A DNA stretch of 32,000 bases, taken from positions 90,001 to 122,000 of the forward strand of contig NZ_CP013213.1 in assembly GCF_001545095.1 (NCBI RefSeq). The letters are read 5' to 3'. The notes beneath the pieces are model-generated. The model was not told the origin of the DNA. It saw only the letters and a program-made list of their open reading frames with translations, and did no database searches. Of the stretch, positions 8,594 to 16,397 are shown in pieces. Made by a program: the position numbers and the translations under genes. The stretch comes from Erysipelothrix larvae (lineage in GTDB: Bacteria; Bacillota_I; Bacilli_A; Erysipelotrichales; Erysipelotrichaceae). Numbering within the stretch: position 1 is the stretch's first letter; each line of letters starts with the position of its first letter.

Positions 8594-9067
8594 ATGAAGA
8601 AAGAAATCAAAGTTATCCGGGAAATCAATCAAAACCACAGTGGGATTAAGGTGACAGTCAGTTCGAATGATGCATCTTCAGACTTAGACTTTGTCTATCA
8701 TACAGTAGAAACCCTTTTTTCAAGAAAACTAGCAGGTGAAAATATTCATAAAGAGATAACTTATGTCAGTCTCATCAATATAGAACACCTTTATACAAAA
8801 CAAAAATCAGTGTACTTTCAATCTGATGGAATTGAATACAAAGTTGAATACCGATTATACGAATTAGAGCAAAAACTTCCTGCCTATTTTGTTCGTATAT
8901 CACATTCTGAGATTGTTAATATATATCACATGAAGTCACTGAATTCTAGTTTTCCAGGTACAATACAATTGTTGCTTAAAAATGGGACAACAGTATATGT
9001 ATCAAGACGTTATGTAAATAAAGTGACACAACAGATTATGGAGGTAGTGAACCATGAATCATATTAA
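8594..9067 (+). CDS. Stand-alone LytTR-domain DNA-binding protein (no receiver domain)
   Basis: 157 aa. The C-terminal ~100 aa (ITYVSLINIEHLY...FVRISHSEIVNIYHM...YVSRRY) fits the LytTR fold pattern. ATG 8594 follows AGAGGAG (8581-8587); the track's GTG at 8576 overlaps that SD. Confidence 0.8.
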   Translation: MKKEIKVIREINQNHSGIKVTVSSNDASSDLDFVYHTVETLFSRKLAGENIHKEITYVSLINIEHLYTKQKSVYFQSDGIEYKVEYRLYELEQKLPAYFVRISHSEIVNIYHMKSLNSSFPGTIQLLLKNGTTVYVSRRYVNKVTQQIMEVVNHESY

Positions 9068-10124
9068 ATCAAACATCTATAAAAGCATGTTGTTTTCTCT
9101 GGGAATGAATACCATCATGTGGAATGCTGTTTATTCTAGGGGATACCCTGCATTGCTGAATGAATCAATGCTTAACCAGCTTGGAAATCAAACACTAATC
9201 CTCTTGTTTCCAATTATGCTGGGTGGTGTTATTGGCTATACACTTTTGTCTTTAACTGATCAAGTAAATCAAAGATTGGAACAAAGTATCTTTCGAGTAA
9301 TACTCAATGGACTTTTAAGTGTCCTAGGAGTGCTCATATTTATATCTTTTACATCGGTACTACTGACAAAGGAAATTATAATCATTACGATACTTTGTAT
9401 TACAAGTGTGTTTCTTATCATAGCGGTAATTGATCATATTCGAATTAAAAAAGAGCTCAAAACAATCAATAAAATCCTTGGGTATATTGATCACAAAGTG
9501 AATGTTAAGTCACACTTTAGAACCATCATACATCAAATAAATAGTTCCTTAGGGGAAACGCATCAACGATTTGAATCTACGTCTCCTGAAGCACAATGTT
9601 TGACGGATTTATTTACAGAGATTGATCAACATCTTGTTCCTTTAGATGATATTGAAGAAGTCATTCCCCTCACTCTTAATTTCTCTCAAATGGCGAATGG
9701 GTTTTACGTATGGTACGCACCAAAAAGCGAGGCATCAAAACAATATCACAATTTATTCCATGACACCACAAAAAATCAAGTGCTGATGCTTACAAAGCGT
9801 TCAATTATTATCGTAACGCCGATCGTATTCTTTGATACTAAAGAGGCCCATGTTTATGATTATGATGATATTACATCAATTAAATTTGAAGAAAAAATAC
9901 CAAATACCAAAGAGTTTTCATTGAAGACAAAACAAGGGAATGTGTACTCGTTCAGCATTTATGATGATGAAGCAAAATTATTGAATTCAAAGCCTGTCAT
10001 TATCTCAAAAGCAAAAGAACCCTTCGATAACAAGTACTCAAAAGTGTTGTTCATATTAGTGATACTCTTTCTATCACTCATCATTTTGCTTCCATTTTTA
10101 AATTATGTGTTCTCTAGCTTCTAG
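9054..10124 (+). CDS. Membrane protein: 4 N-terminal TM helices, a ~200 aa soluble region and a C-terminal TM anchor (function unknown)
   Basis: 356 aa. Its start overlaps the LytTR gene by 14 nt, with GGAGG 9 nt upstream. Hydrophobic segments lie at about residues 8-27, 46-67, 79-104, 108-129 and 331-353. Confidence 0.7.
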   Translation: MNHIKSNIYKSMLFSLGMNTIMWNAVYSRGYPALLNESMLNQLGNQTLILLFPIMLGGVIGYTLLSLTDQVNQRLEQSIFRVILNGLLSVLGVLIFISFTSVLLTKEIIIITILCITSVFLIIAVIDHIRIKKELKTINKILGYIDHKVNVKSHFRTIIHQINSSLGETHQRFESTSPEAQCLTDLFTEIDQHLVPLDDIEEVIPLTLNFSQMANGFYVWYAPKSEASKQYHNLFHDTTKNQVLMLTKRSIIIVTPIVFFDTKEAHVYDYDDITSIKFEEKIPNTKEFSLKTKQGNVYSFSIYDDEAKLLNSKPVIISKAKEPFDNKYSKVLFILVILFLSLIILLPFLNYVFSSF

Positions 10125-10133
10125 TATATAGAT

Positions 10134-10162
10134 AAAAAACAACATGCTCAATGTTGTTTTTT
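10134..10162. terminator. Bidirectional rho-independent terminator
   Basis: AAAAAACAACAT-gctca-ATGTTGTTTTTT is a perfect stem flanked by A- and T-runs, lying between convergent genes. Confidence 0.8.
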
Positions 10163-10188
10163 AAACCTATCGGATAAGATTTAAGGCA

Positions 10189-11175
10189 TTACGGTCTAAC
10201 TTCCCAATGACTTGTCCCTGTTTCTAAAAAGGATTTGATTGATCGTAAAGAAACCTCAACCATATCCGACACAGCTTGGTCAGTATAAAATGCAGCGTGT
10301 GGCGTGATGAGTACGTTATGATGTGAATTGAGTATGGAGAGTCTATGATTGTTTACAAGGTTCATTCGATTATCCTTATGGATGATACCCACTTCATCTG
10401 GAAACACATCTAATGCAGCAGCCCCAATATGACCGGATTCAATGAATTCGATGAGGGCATCGGTGTCAATTAACTCAGCCCGTGCACAGTTTACAATCAC
10501 TACACCTGGCTTTGTAAGTGAAAGTGAATCTCTATTGATGATATGTTTTGTTGAGTGAAGGAGTGGTGCATGGATCGTGATGACATCACATTCTCTCATG
10601 AATGTCTCGAGATCAACATACGTTAAGATAGAATATAGATCATTGTTTGGGAAAATATCATAACCAAGAATCTTACATCCAAATCCGCTTAAGTTGTGTG
10701 CTGTTTGAGCACCAATACGTCCGGTTCCTAATACGCCAATTGTAAGGTTCTTCATTTCCTTTCCTTGAAGGCCTTCTAAAGCGTAATCATGCGCATCATT
10801 TCGCTTCATCATCGGTTTAAGTTTACGGATCGACATCAAAATCATCATTACTGCAAAATCAGCAACACAATGCGGTGAGTATGTTGCGTTTGACACTTTG
10901 ATTCCAAACTCATCAGCAGCCTTCATATCAACGTTATTGTATCCAGCACTGCGTGACGCAATGTATTTAATTCCCATCTGATTCAATGATGAAAGAACAC
11001 TTCGATTCACATCGCATAAACCTAAGAAAATAACGCCATCAAATCCTTTCGCATTATCAACTGTAGTGGCTGATAAAGGTTCGCTGACAACTTCTACATG
11101 TAAATTAAGAAGTGTAGCGTATTTATTAATTGCGTCAATTTCATCTGGACGCACAGCATAGGCAATAATATTCAT
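10189..11175 (-). CDS. D-isomer-specific 2-hydroxyacid dehydrogenase (D-lactate dehydrogenase-like)
   Basis: NAD-binding GVLGTGRIG and the conserved NCAR..E...TPHAAF catalytic pattern are present. The ATG at 11175 (MNIIAYAV) follows GGAGGAA. The track's ATG at 11187 overlaps that SD. Confidence 0.85.
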   Translation of the reverse strand: MNIIAYAVRPDEIDAINKYATLLNLHVEVVSEPLSATTVDNAKGFDGVIFLGLCDVNRSVLSSLNQMGIKYIASRSAGYNNVDMKAADEFGIKVSNATYSPHCVADFAVMMILMSIRKLKPMMKRNDAHDYALEGLQGKEMKNLTIGVLGTGRIGAQTAHNLSGFGCKILGYDIFPNNDLYSILTYVDLETFMRECDVITIHAPLLHSTKHIINRDSLSLTKPGVVIVNCARAELIDTDALIEFIESGHIGAAALDVFPDEVGIIHKDNRMNLVNNHRLSILNSHHNVLITPHAAFYTDQAVSDMVEVSLRSIKSFLETGTSHWEVRP

Positions 11176-11231
11176 AAATTCCTCCATGTTTTTATAATTT
11201 TACTGTCAAATACATACTGTGACTAAACTCA

Positions 11232-12515
11232 CTATAAGATCGAATCCTCTTGCGCATTGAGTCTTCTTTGATTTCTAATCTCTTCATTTTTATGGGAGAC
11301 CATTCTAAATACAGGAACGGTTACCGCCGCAACGATTCCACAAGAGAATCCTGAATTATAAAGGTTAATGTTTCCGTGCATGGCTGCTGTGTTCAAAACC
11401 ACTGAAGAATTTAGGTATGCAACAATAATTCCTGCTATAAATCCAAACGTCCCGGCAATTGGTGCAAGTGCAGTTCCAAATAAAGCAATCAACAAGATTG
11501 ATGTGTCATTAATTGAATAGGTCTTAGAAATTGATCCAAGGATTACACCAATATAAAGGGGAATCGTATTTTTAGGATGTTTCCCTAGCCCTGAAAACCC
11601 AACGACTGTCATTAATGATCCAATGACTGGACCATTAAGTGTTCCTCCTGCTATAAACAAGATATAAAAGAGTGCAATGAATCCATTCAATGACATATTA
11701 AGTAATACTGCAGCAAATCCAAACTTTTCAACAAAGTCATTATCTTTATGACCCGTCTCCTTCAACAATAATTTATATGAGCTTAAAACATTTTTGTCTA
11801 AGATGAATGAGACAATAAAGAAGGATGTAAAGAGAATTGATAGAAAGATTGCGACTTGGTCTGATGCATCGTTATAAAGGATATTGTGTGTGGTTGGCGT
11901 ATACCCTGAGGTTTTCATAAGTGAAACATAGATAATCCCAATGATCCCAGCAGCAAATCCGACATTATAAAGATTAAATCCATCATGCGCTTTATAGACC
12001 ATACGTGATACGGGCTTTGTAATGAAACCAAAAGACATACTCACCAGAAAGGCGACTGTAAAATTAAGTGCTACTGACTTATCTACTAAATAGTATACTT
12101 CATCAAATACTGGAGCAAAACACGTTGCAAGCAGGGCAATATGTACAATATCTTTGTAAGGTTCTTTAAATACAAAGGAGTATAAGAAAGTACCACATAA
12201 GATAGGGACGATATTGAGTACGTTTTTACCAAAGAATGCAAACCCAATCATTAGAAAAACAGAAGCAAGTGCGGGACCAGAAAAGCTTCCTTTTGAAAAG
12301 CGAATTAAGAATACAGAGATAATTGATACAAGACCAACGTTCACTAATGTAGCACCAACACCACCCACTGCGAAGTAATCTGTAACTAATATATCCCGTG
12401 ATGTTAGTATGTTAAGAAAACCTGTTGTGATAGAATCAAAGGGTTGAACAATAAAACCCATGGCAACTAATATAATGCTTACTGCGAGGAGAAATCTAAA
12501 TGTTCTTTGTTGCAT
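11232..12515 (-). CDS. Polytopic membrane protein with two homologous halves (I tentatively recall DUF1576)
   Basis: 427 aa, hydrophobic throughout. An internal repeat is visible by eye (see findings). SD GAAAGGA lies upstream. It ends 56 nt upstream of the dehydrogenase gene on the same strand, with no intervening terminator seen. Confidence 0.7.
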   Translation of the reverse strand: MQQRTFRFLLAVSIILVAMGFIVQPFDSITTGFLNILTSRDILVTDYFAVGGVGATLVNVGLVSIISVFLIRFSKGSFSGPALASVFLMIGFAFFGKNVLNIVPILCGTFLYSFVFKEPYKDIVHIALLATCFAPVFDEVYYLVDKSVALNFTVAFLVSMSFGFITKPVSRMVYKAHDGFNLYNVGFAAGIIGIIYVSLMKTSGYTPTTHNILYNDASDQVAIFLSILFTSFFIVSFILDKNVLSSYKLLLKETGHKDNDFVEKFGFAAVLLNMSLNGFIALFYILFIAGGTLNGPVIGSLMTVVGFSGLGKHPKNTIPLYIGVILGSISKTYSINDTSILLIALFGTALAPIAGTFGFIAGIIVAYLNSSVVLNTAAMHGNINLYNSGFSCGIVAAVTVPVFRMVSHKNEEIRNQRRLNAQEDSIL

Positions 12516-12651
12516 AGAGGGTCCTTTCTACCGTGTATTTGATCGAGTGATAACAGTGTATTGTCATTGGGTCTATTTTATCATATTAATGCGAAAATGA
12601 TAGCGCAATCATTGCGTGAGTCAGTAATATCCAATCTATAAATTCACGTAC

Positions 12652-12681
12652 ATTATACTAAACATTAGGATTAATTAACAA
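12652..12681 (-). promoter_or_regulatory. Sigma-A-type promoter (minus strand) for the membrane protein/dehydrogenase pair
   Basis: On the minus strand: TTGTTA (12681-12676), an 18 nt spacer, then TATAAT (12657-12652). This implies a ~130 nt 5' leader. Confidence 0.4.
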
Positions 12682-13019
12682 TTGACGTTAATGTCTAAAC
12701 AGTGTACAAAAATTATTTGCTTCAAAATTGTTATCCAAACAATCGATAAGCAAATACCATCAGGTTTTAGAAAATAGGAGATATCACGGGAACACAATAA
12801 TGAGGGCTAAAACAGACGATTATCGATAAATCCCCTAGAGCGCATAGCGTTAAATGTAGTTGCTGAGATCTGTTATCTCTGATATATGAGTATTTAGACA
12901 GATGGTTGAATACTACAAAAATAAAACACAAAGTCAGAACAAGCATACAGCAAAGCGTGTCAATCAGATACATGGTGATTAGGACCGTAAATTTCTAATG
13001 CTAAGATATACAGGCAGTA

Positions 13020-13442
13020 TTAAAAGTCAATCTCATATTTTGTGCCGTTACTAAAAAGAACACAATCCGTAAGCTTAATTTGAAGAAGACACGTATTTGG
13101 ATCAGTCTCATCAATATGACCGTTATGATACCAAGATGAAAAGACATCAGTGAGTTTAGACATAAGATTCATATTTTTGGAGTCTAGAATATATCCTAGA
13201 TCTTCTGCGAAGCCATGTCCAGAAAACCACTCGCCACAAAGCGCGACTTCTGGATTATTATGGATTTCCTTAATTTTATTCGATTGTGAATATGTAATTG
13301 TATAAAAAGACCCGTTTTCGTAGTAACTGTTGACAATGCGAACTGATGGACGCTTCCCATCGAGTGTCGCAAGTGAAATCAGTGAATCCTTACCAAAACG
13401 CTCATTTAGAAGTGATAAGGCTTTTGCATGTATATCTGTCAT
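13020..13442 (-). CDS. Pyridoxamine 5'-phosphate oxidase-like FMN-binding split-barrel protein (general-stress-protein-26-like)
   Basis: 140 aa. The pattern LATLDGKRPSVRIV...FYTITYSQSNKIKEIHNNPEVAL fits my recollection of the PNPOx-like family. SD GGAGAG lies upstream. Confidence 0.55.
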   Translation of the reverse strand: MTDIHAKALSLLNERFGKDSLISLATLDGKRPSVRIVNSYYENGSFYTITYSQSNKIKEIHNNPEVALCGEWFSGHGFAEDLGYILDSKNMNLMSKLTDVFSSWYHNGHIDETDPNTCLLQIKLTDCVLFSNGTKYEIDF

Positions 13443-13537
13443 CTTTGCTCTCCATTTTCTTTTAAAGTTTCGCTTTAAAAAGTATGTATCGAAATAAAAC
13501 GGTTATGGTTAAACTAATCCATGAAAGTAAGGTCTCA

Positions 13538-15064
13538 TCAATGGTTAGTGATTGTAATATTGTCGTGATGAATCACATGTACTGGTGTGTGGGATTGGAA
13601 GTACTCAACCATAATATCAAGCATTTCTTCTTGAATATCAAGAATTGTTTCGCACTCAGAAACCATGGCGTAGTTTCCACCCCCAGAAGCACGGTAGTTA
13701 TTCATAGCTACAGAAAATTCATCATCATCATCTAGGGGATTTCCGTTATGAGTAATGGACTCAATGCGGTGAAATTTAGGATTTGAGATGTTGAGTGTAT
13801 ATTCAATTCCATCAAGCATATCGTAGTTATAATGTTGTGGTTTGGGTGTTACATAACGTGGGTTGACTGCAATATTTCCGTTATCGTCGAGCACATAATA
13901 AAGTGCAGAAAACTCAATCATTTCTTTAATTGTTTTACCCGTCATCTTCTTCACAACAAGGGTATTGGGGAAAATATAGGTGCTTACAAGCTCACGCATT
14001 GTGATGTGTTTCCCAAAGCCAATCGCTCCATTAAATAAGGCTACTGCGCTTAGCGTAGCGCCTGTCTTCCATGTTTGTACTTGATTAATAAAGGAGACAA
14101 GGGGATGTTTATGGAGACGTGCTTCAAATTCATCGTCGATAATTAAGGAAGGTGACATATCATCTATTACACCAATGTCTTTATCCAACCAATTTTGGAC
14201 CCGTGATTGAAGAAGGTTTAAAGGTTCCAAGAAATGTTCATCAACTGGTAATTCACTGGTATGAAGAATGTGTGCTTTGTTGTCAAGTGTGTCAAGATCA
14301 ACTTCAATTTGCGCAAATTCAATTGCATTGTATGTTGTCTGTGTTACAAGAACACCATTAATGCGCTCAACGAGTGATCGATGTTGATGTCCTGTAATGA
14401 GTATGTCAAGACCCTCGATGCTGCACATTTGATACCCCTGATTTTCTCCAGTTTGTCGTTCAGTGGGTTCGCCTGTTTTAGGGTCGCGTTCGAGTCCACC
14501 GTGGTACATTCCAATTACAAGATCTACATGATTCTTAACCCGTGCAACTTCTCGAGCCATTGTTTGATACGCGTCTAGAAATTGCATGTTTTTAATATAA
14601 CTTTCACGCTCCCAGTTTGGGATATAGTGTGTGACGACACCAATAAATGCGATTTTTTTGCCACCACGCTCAATCACTTGAGTTGAACCTTGAAGGGTTC
14701 CATCAATGAGAACGTTTGATGTAAGAAGCGGAGCCTTTACCTCATCGATATACTTCTTGAGAATTTTAGGACCATAATTAAAATCATGATTTCCAAGATT
14801 CAAAAAATCATAGTTTAGTACATTAAATGCATATGCTGAAGGATTCATGTATGAGTTTGGATGTTGGTGTGCATATGCAGTGAGAGGGGTTCCTTGAAAA
14901 GAGTCACCATTATCCACAAGAATAATATCTTCACGTTCTCTCATTTTTTTAACATAGGTAGAAAATCGGGATAGACCAAAAGAAGAGACATTGTCTCTTG
15001 AGGTATAGTCTGTAGGGTATATACGCCCATGGATATCTGTTGTTGCTAAAATAGTTAGTTTCAT
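13538..15064 (-). CDS. Bifunctional metallophosphatase/5'-nucleotidase family protein, no signal peptide (YunD/CpdB-like)
   Basis: Calcineurin-like motifs DIHG, GDSFQG, GNHDF and GHQH are followed by a 5'-nucleotidase C-terminal-like region. The N-terminus MKLTILATTDIHG has no secretion signal. Confidence 0.85.
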   Translation of the reverse strand: MKLTILATTDIHGRIYPTDYTSRDNVSSFGLSRFSTYVKKMREREDIILVDNGDSFQGTPLTAYAHQHPNSYMNPSAYAFNVLNYDFLNLGNHDFNYGPKILKKYIDEVKAPLLTSNVLIDGTLQGSTQVIERGGKKIAFIGVVTHYIPNWERESYIKNMQFLDAYQTMAREVARVKNHVDLVIGMYHGGLERDPKTGEPTERQTGENQGYQMCSIEGLDILITGHQHRSLVERINGVLVTQTTYNAIEFAQIEVDLDTLDNKAHILHTSELPVDEHFLEPLNLLQSRVQNWLDKDIGVIDDMSPSLIIDDEFEARLHKHPLVSFINQVQTWKTGATLSAVALFNGAIGFGKHITMRELVSTYIFPNTLVVKKMTGKTIKEMIEFSALYYVLDDNGNIAVNPRYVTPKPQHYNYDMLDGIEYTLNISNPKFHRIESITHNGNPLDDDDEFSVAMNNYRASGGGNYAMVSECETILDIQEEMLDIMVEYFQSHTPVHVIHHDNITITNH

Positions 15065-15079
15065 AAAATCACCAGATTT

Positions 15080-15088
15080 ATTATATCA
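15080..15088 (-). promoter_or_regulatory. Extended -10 (TGATATAAT on minus strand) upstream of the nucleotidase gene
   Basis: Plus-strand ATTATATCA. It lies only ~15 nt from the start codon, so the leader would be very short. Confidence 0.3.
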
Positions 15089-15132
15089 AATATAAAAATA
15101 ATAAGCATTAAAGAAAAATATAGTTTTAGGGC

Positions 15133-15182
15133 TTGACAAGTATATCGGTTGCCGTTATAGTATATATATCGGAAGGCGATAT
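15133..15182 (+). promoter_or_regulatory. padR promoter with a candidate operator palindrome
   Basis: TTGACA (15133-15138), a 17 nt spacer, then TATAGT (15156-15161). The perfect inverted repeat ATATCG-N5-CGATAT (15166-15182) sits just downstream of the -10, and a TATATCGG motif also occurs in the spacer. Confidence 0.55.
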
Positions 15183-15199
15183 AACGAAAGGTGATATAA

Positions 15200-15532
15200 A
15201 TGGGAAATGACAACATAGCATTAACAGAAGCAGTCTACTATATTCTATTATCTCTTTTTAGCCCATTACACGGTTATGGGATCATGCAAAAGGTTGAGGA
15301 ATTGTCAAAGGGACGTGTCAAACTTGCAGCGGGAACGCTCTATGGTGCTTTGAATACGCTTCAAGACAAAGGATGGATCAATGCACTAGAAGGAGAGAAA
15401 AGCAGCAGGAAAAAAGAATATGAAATCACTGCGGCGGGGACTGAGGTCCTAAAACAAGAAATCAAAAGGTTAAGAGAGCTACTAGAAAATGGGGAAACCA
15501 TGGTAGGAGGGCAACATAATGTCAATAACTAA
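15200..15532 (+). CDS. PadR-family transcriptional regulator
   Basis: 110 aa. The winged-helix pattern YYILLSL..PLHGYGIMQKV...GTLYGALNTLQDKGWI...KKEYEIT..G is present. Confidence 0.9.
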   Translation: MGNDNIALTEAVYYILLSLFSPLHGYGIMQKVEELSKGRVKLAAGTLYGALNTLQDKGWINALEGEKSSRKKEYEITAAGTEVLKQEIKRLRELLENGETMVGGQHNVNN

Positions 15533-16046
15533 ATACAGAATGTTTGGAGCATGGGCTTTTGAAAAGGAAGAAGCGTGGCTCAATGAAATGTCAAAAAAGG
15601 GATATCAATTAACGGATGTTAAATTCTTAAAATATATCTTTGAAGAAAAAGAAGAAGCACACTATATCTACCGGATCCAAATGCTTGAAAATAACCAAAC
15701 ACGCGAAGATCGTGAAGATTACATCGGGTTTGTTGAGGAAACAGGGGCTGAATATGTTGCGTCATATTTCAATTGGGTGTATTTTAGAAAAGTCTATGAT
15801 GATAAAGGGTTTGAACTTTTCTCTGATATTGACTCACGTATAAAACATCTAAATCAAAATATACTCATACTGGGATTGTTGGGCCTTATCAATGTAATTA
15901 ATGGATTCAATATTCTCCATAGGAATTTAGCCTTGAACATAACCGCTGGCTTGTGCTTAGGTGTGGGTACTTTATTGTTGTTTGCTTCAGGAAGAATTTA
16001 TTTAAGAAGACATGCATTGGAAAAAGAACGCGAAGTTCATGAGTAG
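15519..16046 (+). CDS. DUF2812-like membrane-associated protein (usual PadR partner)
   Basis: 175 aa. The N-terminus FGAWAFEKEEAWLNEMSKKGYQL matches my recollection of DUF2812, and two C-terminal TM segments are present. It overlaps padR by 14 nt. Confidence 0.7.
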   Translation: MSITKYRMFGAWAFEKEEAWLNEMSKKGYQLTDVKFLKYIFEEKEEAHYIYRIQMLENNQTREDREDYIGFVEETGAEYVASYFNWVYFRKVYDDKGFELFSDIDSRIKHLNQNILILGLLGLINVINGFNILHRNLALNITAGLCLGVGTLLLFASGRIYLRRHALEKEREVHE

Positions 16047-16125
16047 AGTAATAAATTAGTACCTGTAGATATTCTTTGTTATTTCTTACAAATAATAGGA
16101 ATATGATAGGGTAATGACACAGAAG

Positions 16126-16159
16126 GTGGATTGAGTGTTAACGCACAATCCGCTTTTTT
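16126..16159 (+). terminator. Rho-independent terminator after the padR operon
   Basis: GTGGATTG (16126-16133) pairs with CAATCCGC (16146-16153), including one G-U pair, followed by TTTTTT. Confidence 0.65.
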
Positions 16160-16281
16160 AGTCATTTTTATGATATAACTTTGAGAAATATTTGATCTTG
16201 TACAATAAGATGCTCAATTGATGTGAATTATGGCTATAAAAATTCATGATGTTAGATTCTCTTTATAATTCATCCACATGC

Positions 16282-16309
16282 TTGCAATATTGACTGAAAG
16301 TGCTATCAT
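16282..16309 (+). promoter_or_regulatory. Promoter of the licT-bglP-bglH operon
   Basis: TTGCAA (16282-16287), a 16 nt spacer ending in TGc, then TATCAT (16304-16309), which gives an extended -10. The predicted start falls just before the RAT at 16319. Confidence 0.5.
16295..16308 (+). promoter_or_regulatory. cre-like CcpA site overlapping the bgl promoter
   Basis: TGAAAGTGCTATCA compared with the consensus TGWAANCGNTNWCA has one mismatch, T for C in the central CG. Confidence 0.45.
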
Positions 16310-16318
16310 GTTGATATC

Positions 16319-16376
16319 GGATAGTGATTGTGAAACAACACGAGCTAAACCTACATCTTTTTCTTGTAGGTTTTTT
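16319..16376 (+). promoter_or_regulatory. RAT (ribonucleic antiterminator) overlapping an intrinsic terminator, upstream of licT
   Basis: GGATAGTGATTGTGAAACAACACGAGCTAAACC (16319-16351) shares the GGAT.GT.A...GC.AAACC ends of BglG/LicT RATs. Terminator stem AAACCTACA (16347-16355) pairs with TGTAGGTTT (16365-16373), followed by a T-run, and it overlaps the RAT 3' end. Confidence 0.75.
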
Positions 16377-16397
16377 ATTTAAATGGGGGGTGGTGAT

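Noticed and set aside
12767-12973. 68-aa minus-strand ORF in the large intergenic region
   Set aside because: There is no SD (the sequence before the ATG is TTACGGTCCTAATCACC). The composition is Cys-rich and odd, and I recognise no family. I treat the region as non-coding (see finding).
13460-13483. AT-rich inverted repeat CTTTTAAAG-tttcg-CTTTAAAAAG between the nucleotidase and PNPOx-like genes
   Set aside because: The stem is 8 A/T-only base pairs with a bulge and has no U-run on the transcribed (minus) strand. That is too weak to call a terminator or an operator.
13484-14578. Plus-strand ORFs (13484-13735, 13832-14038, 14152-14361, 14381-14578) antisense to the nucleotidase gene
   Set aside because: All lie inside a strongly supported minus-strand CDS carrying complete metallophosphatase motifs. 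They have no SDs and no recognisable domains.
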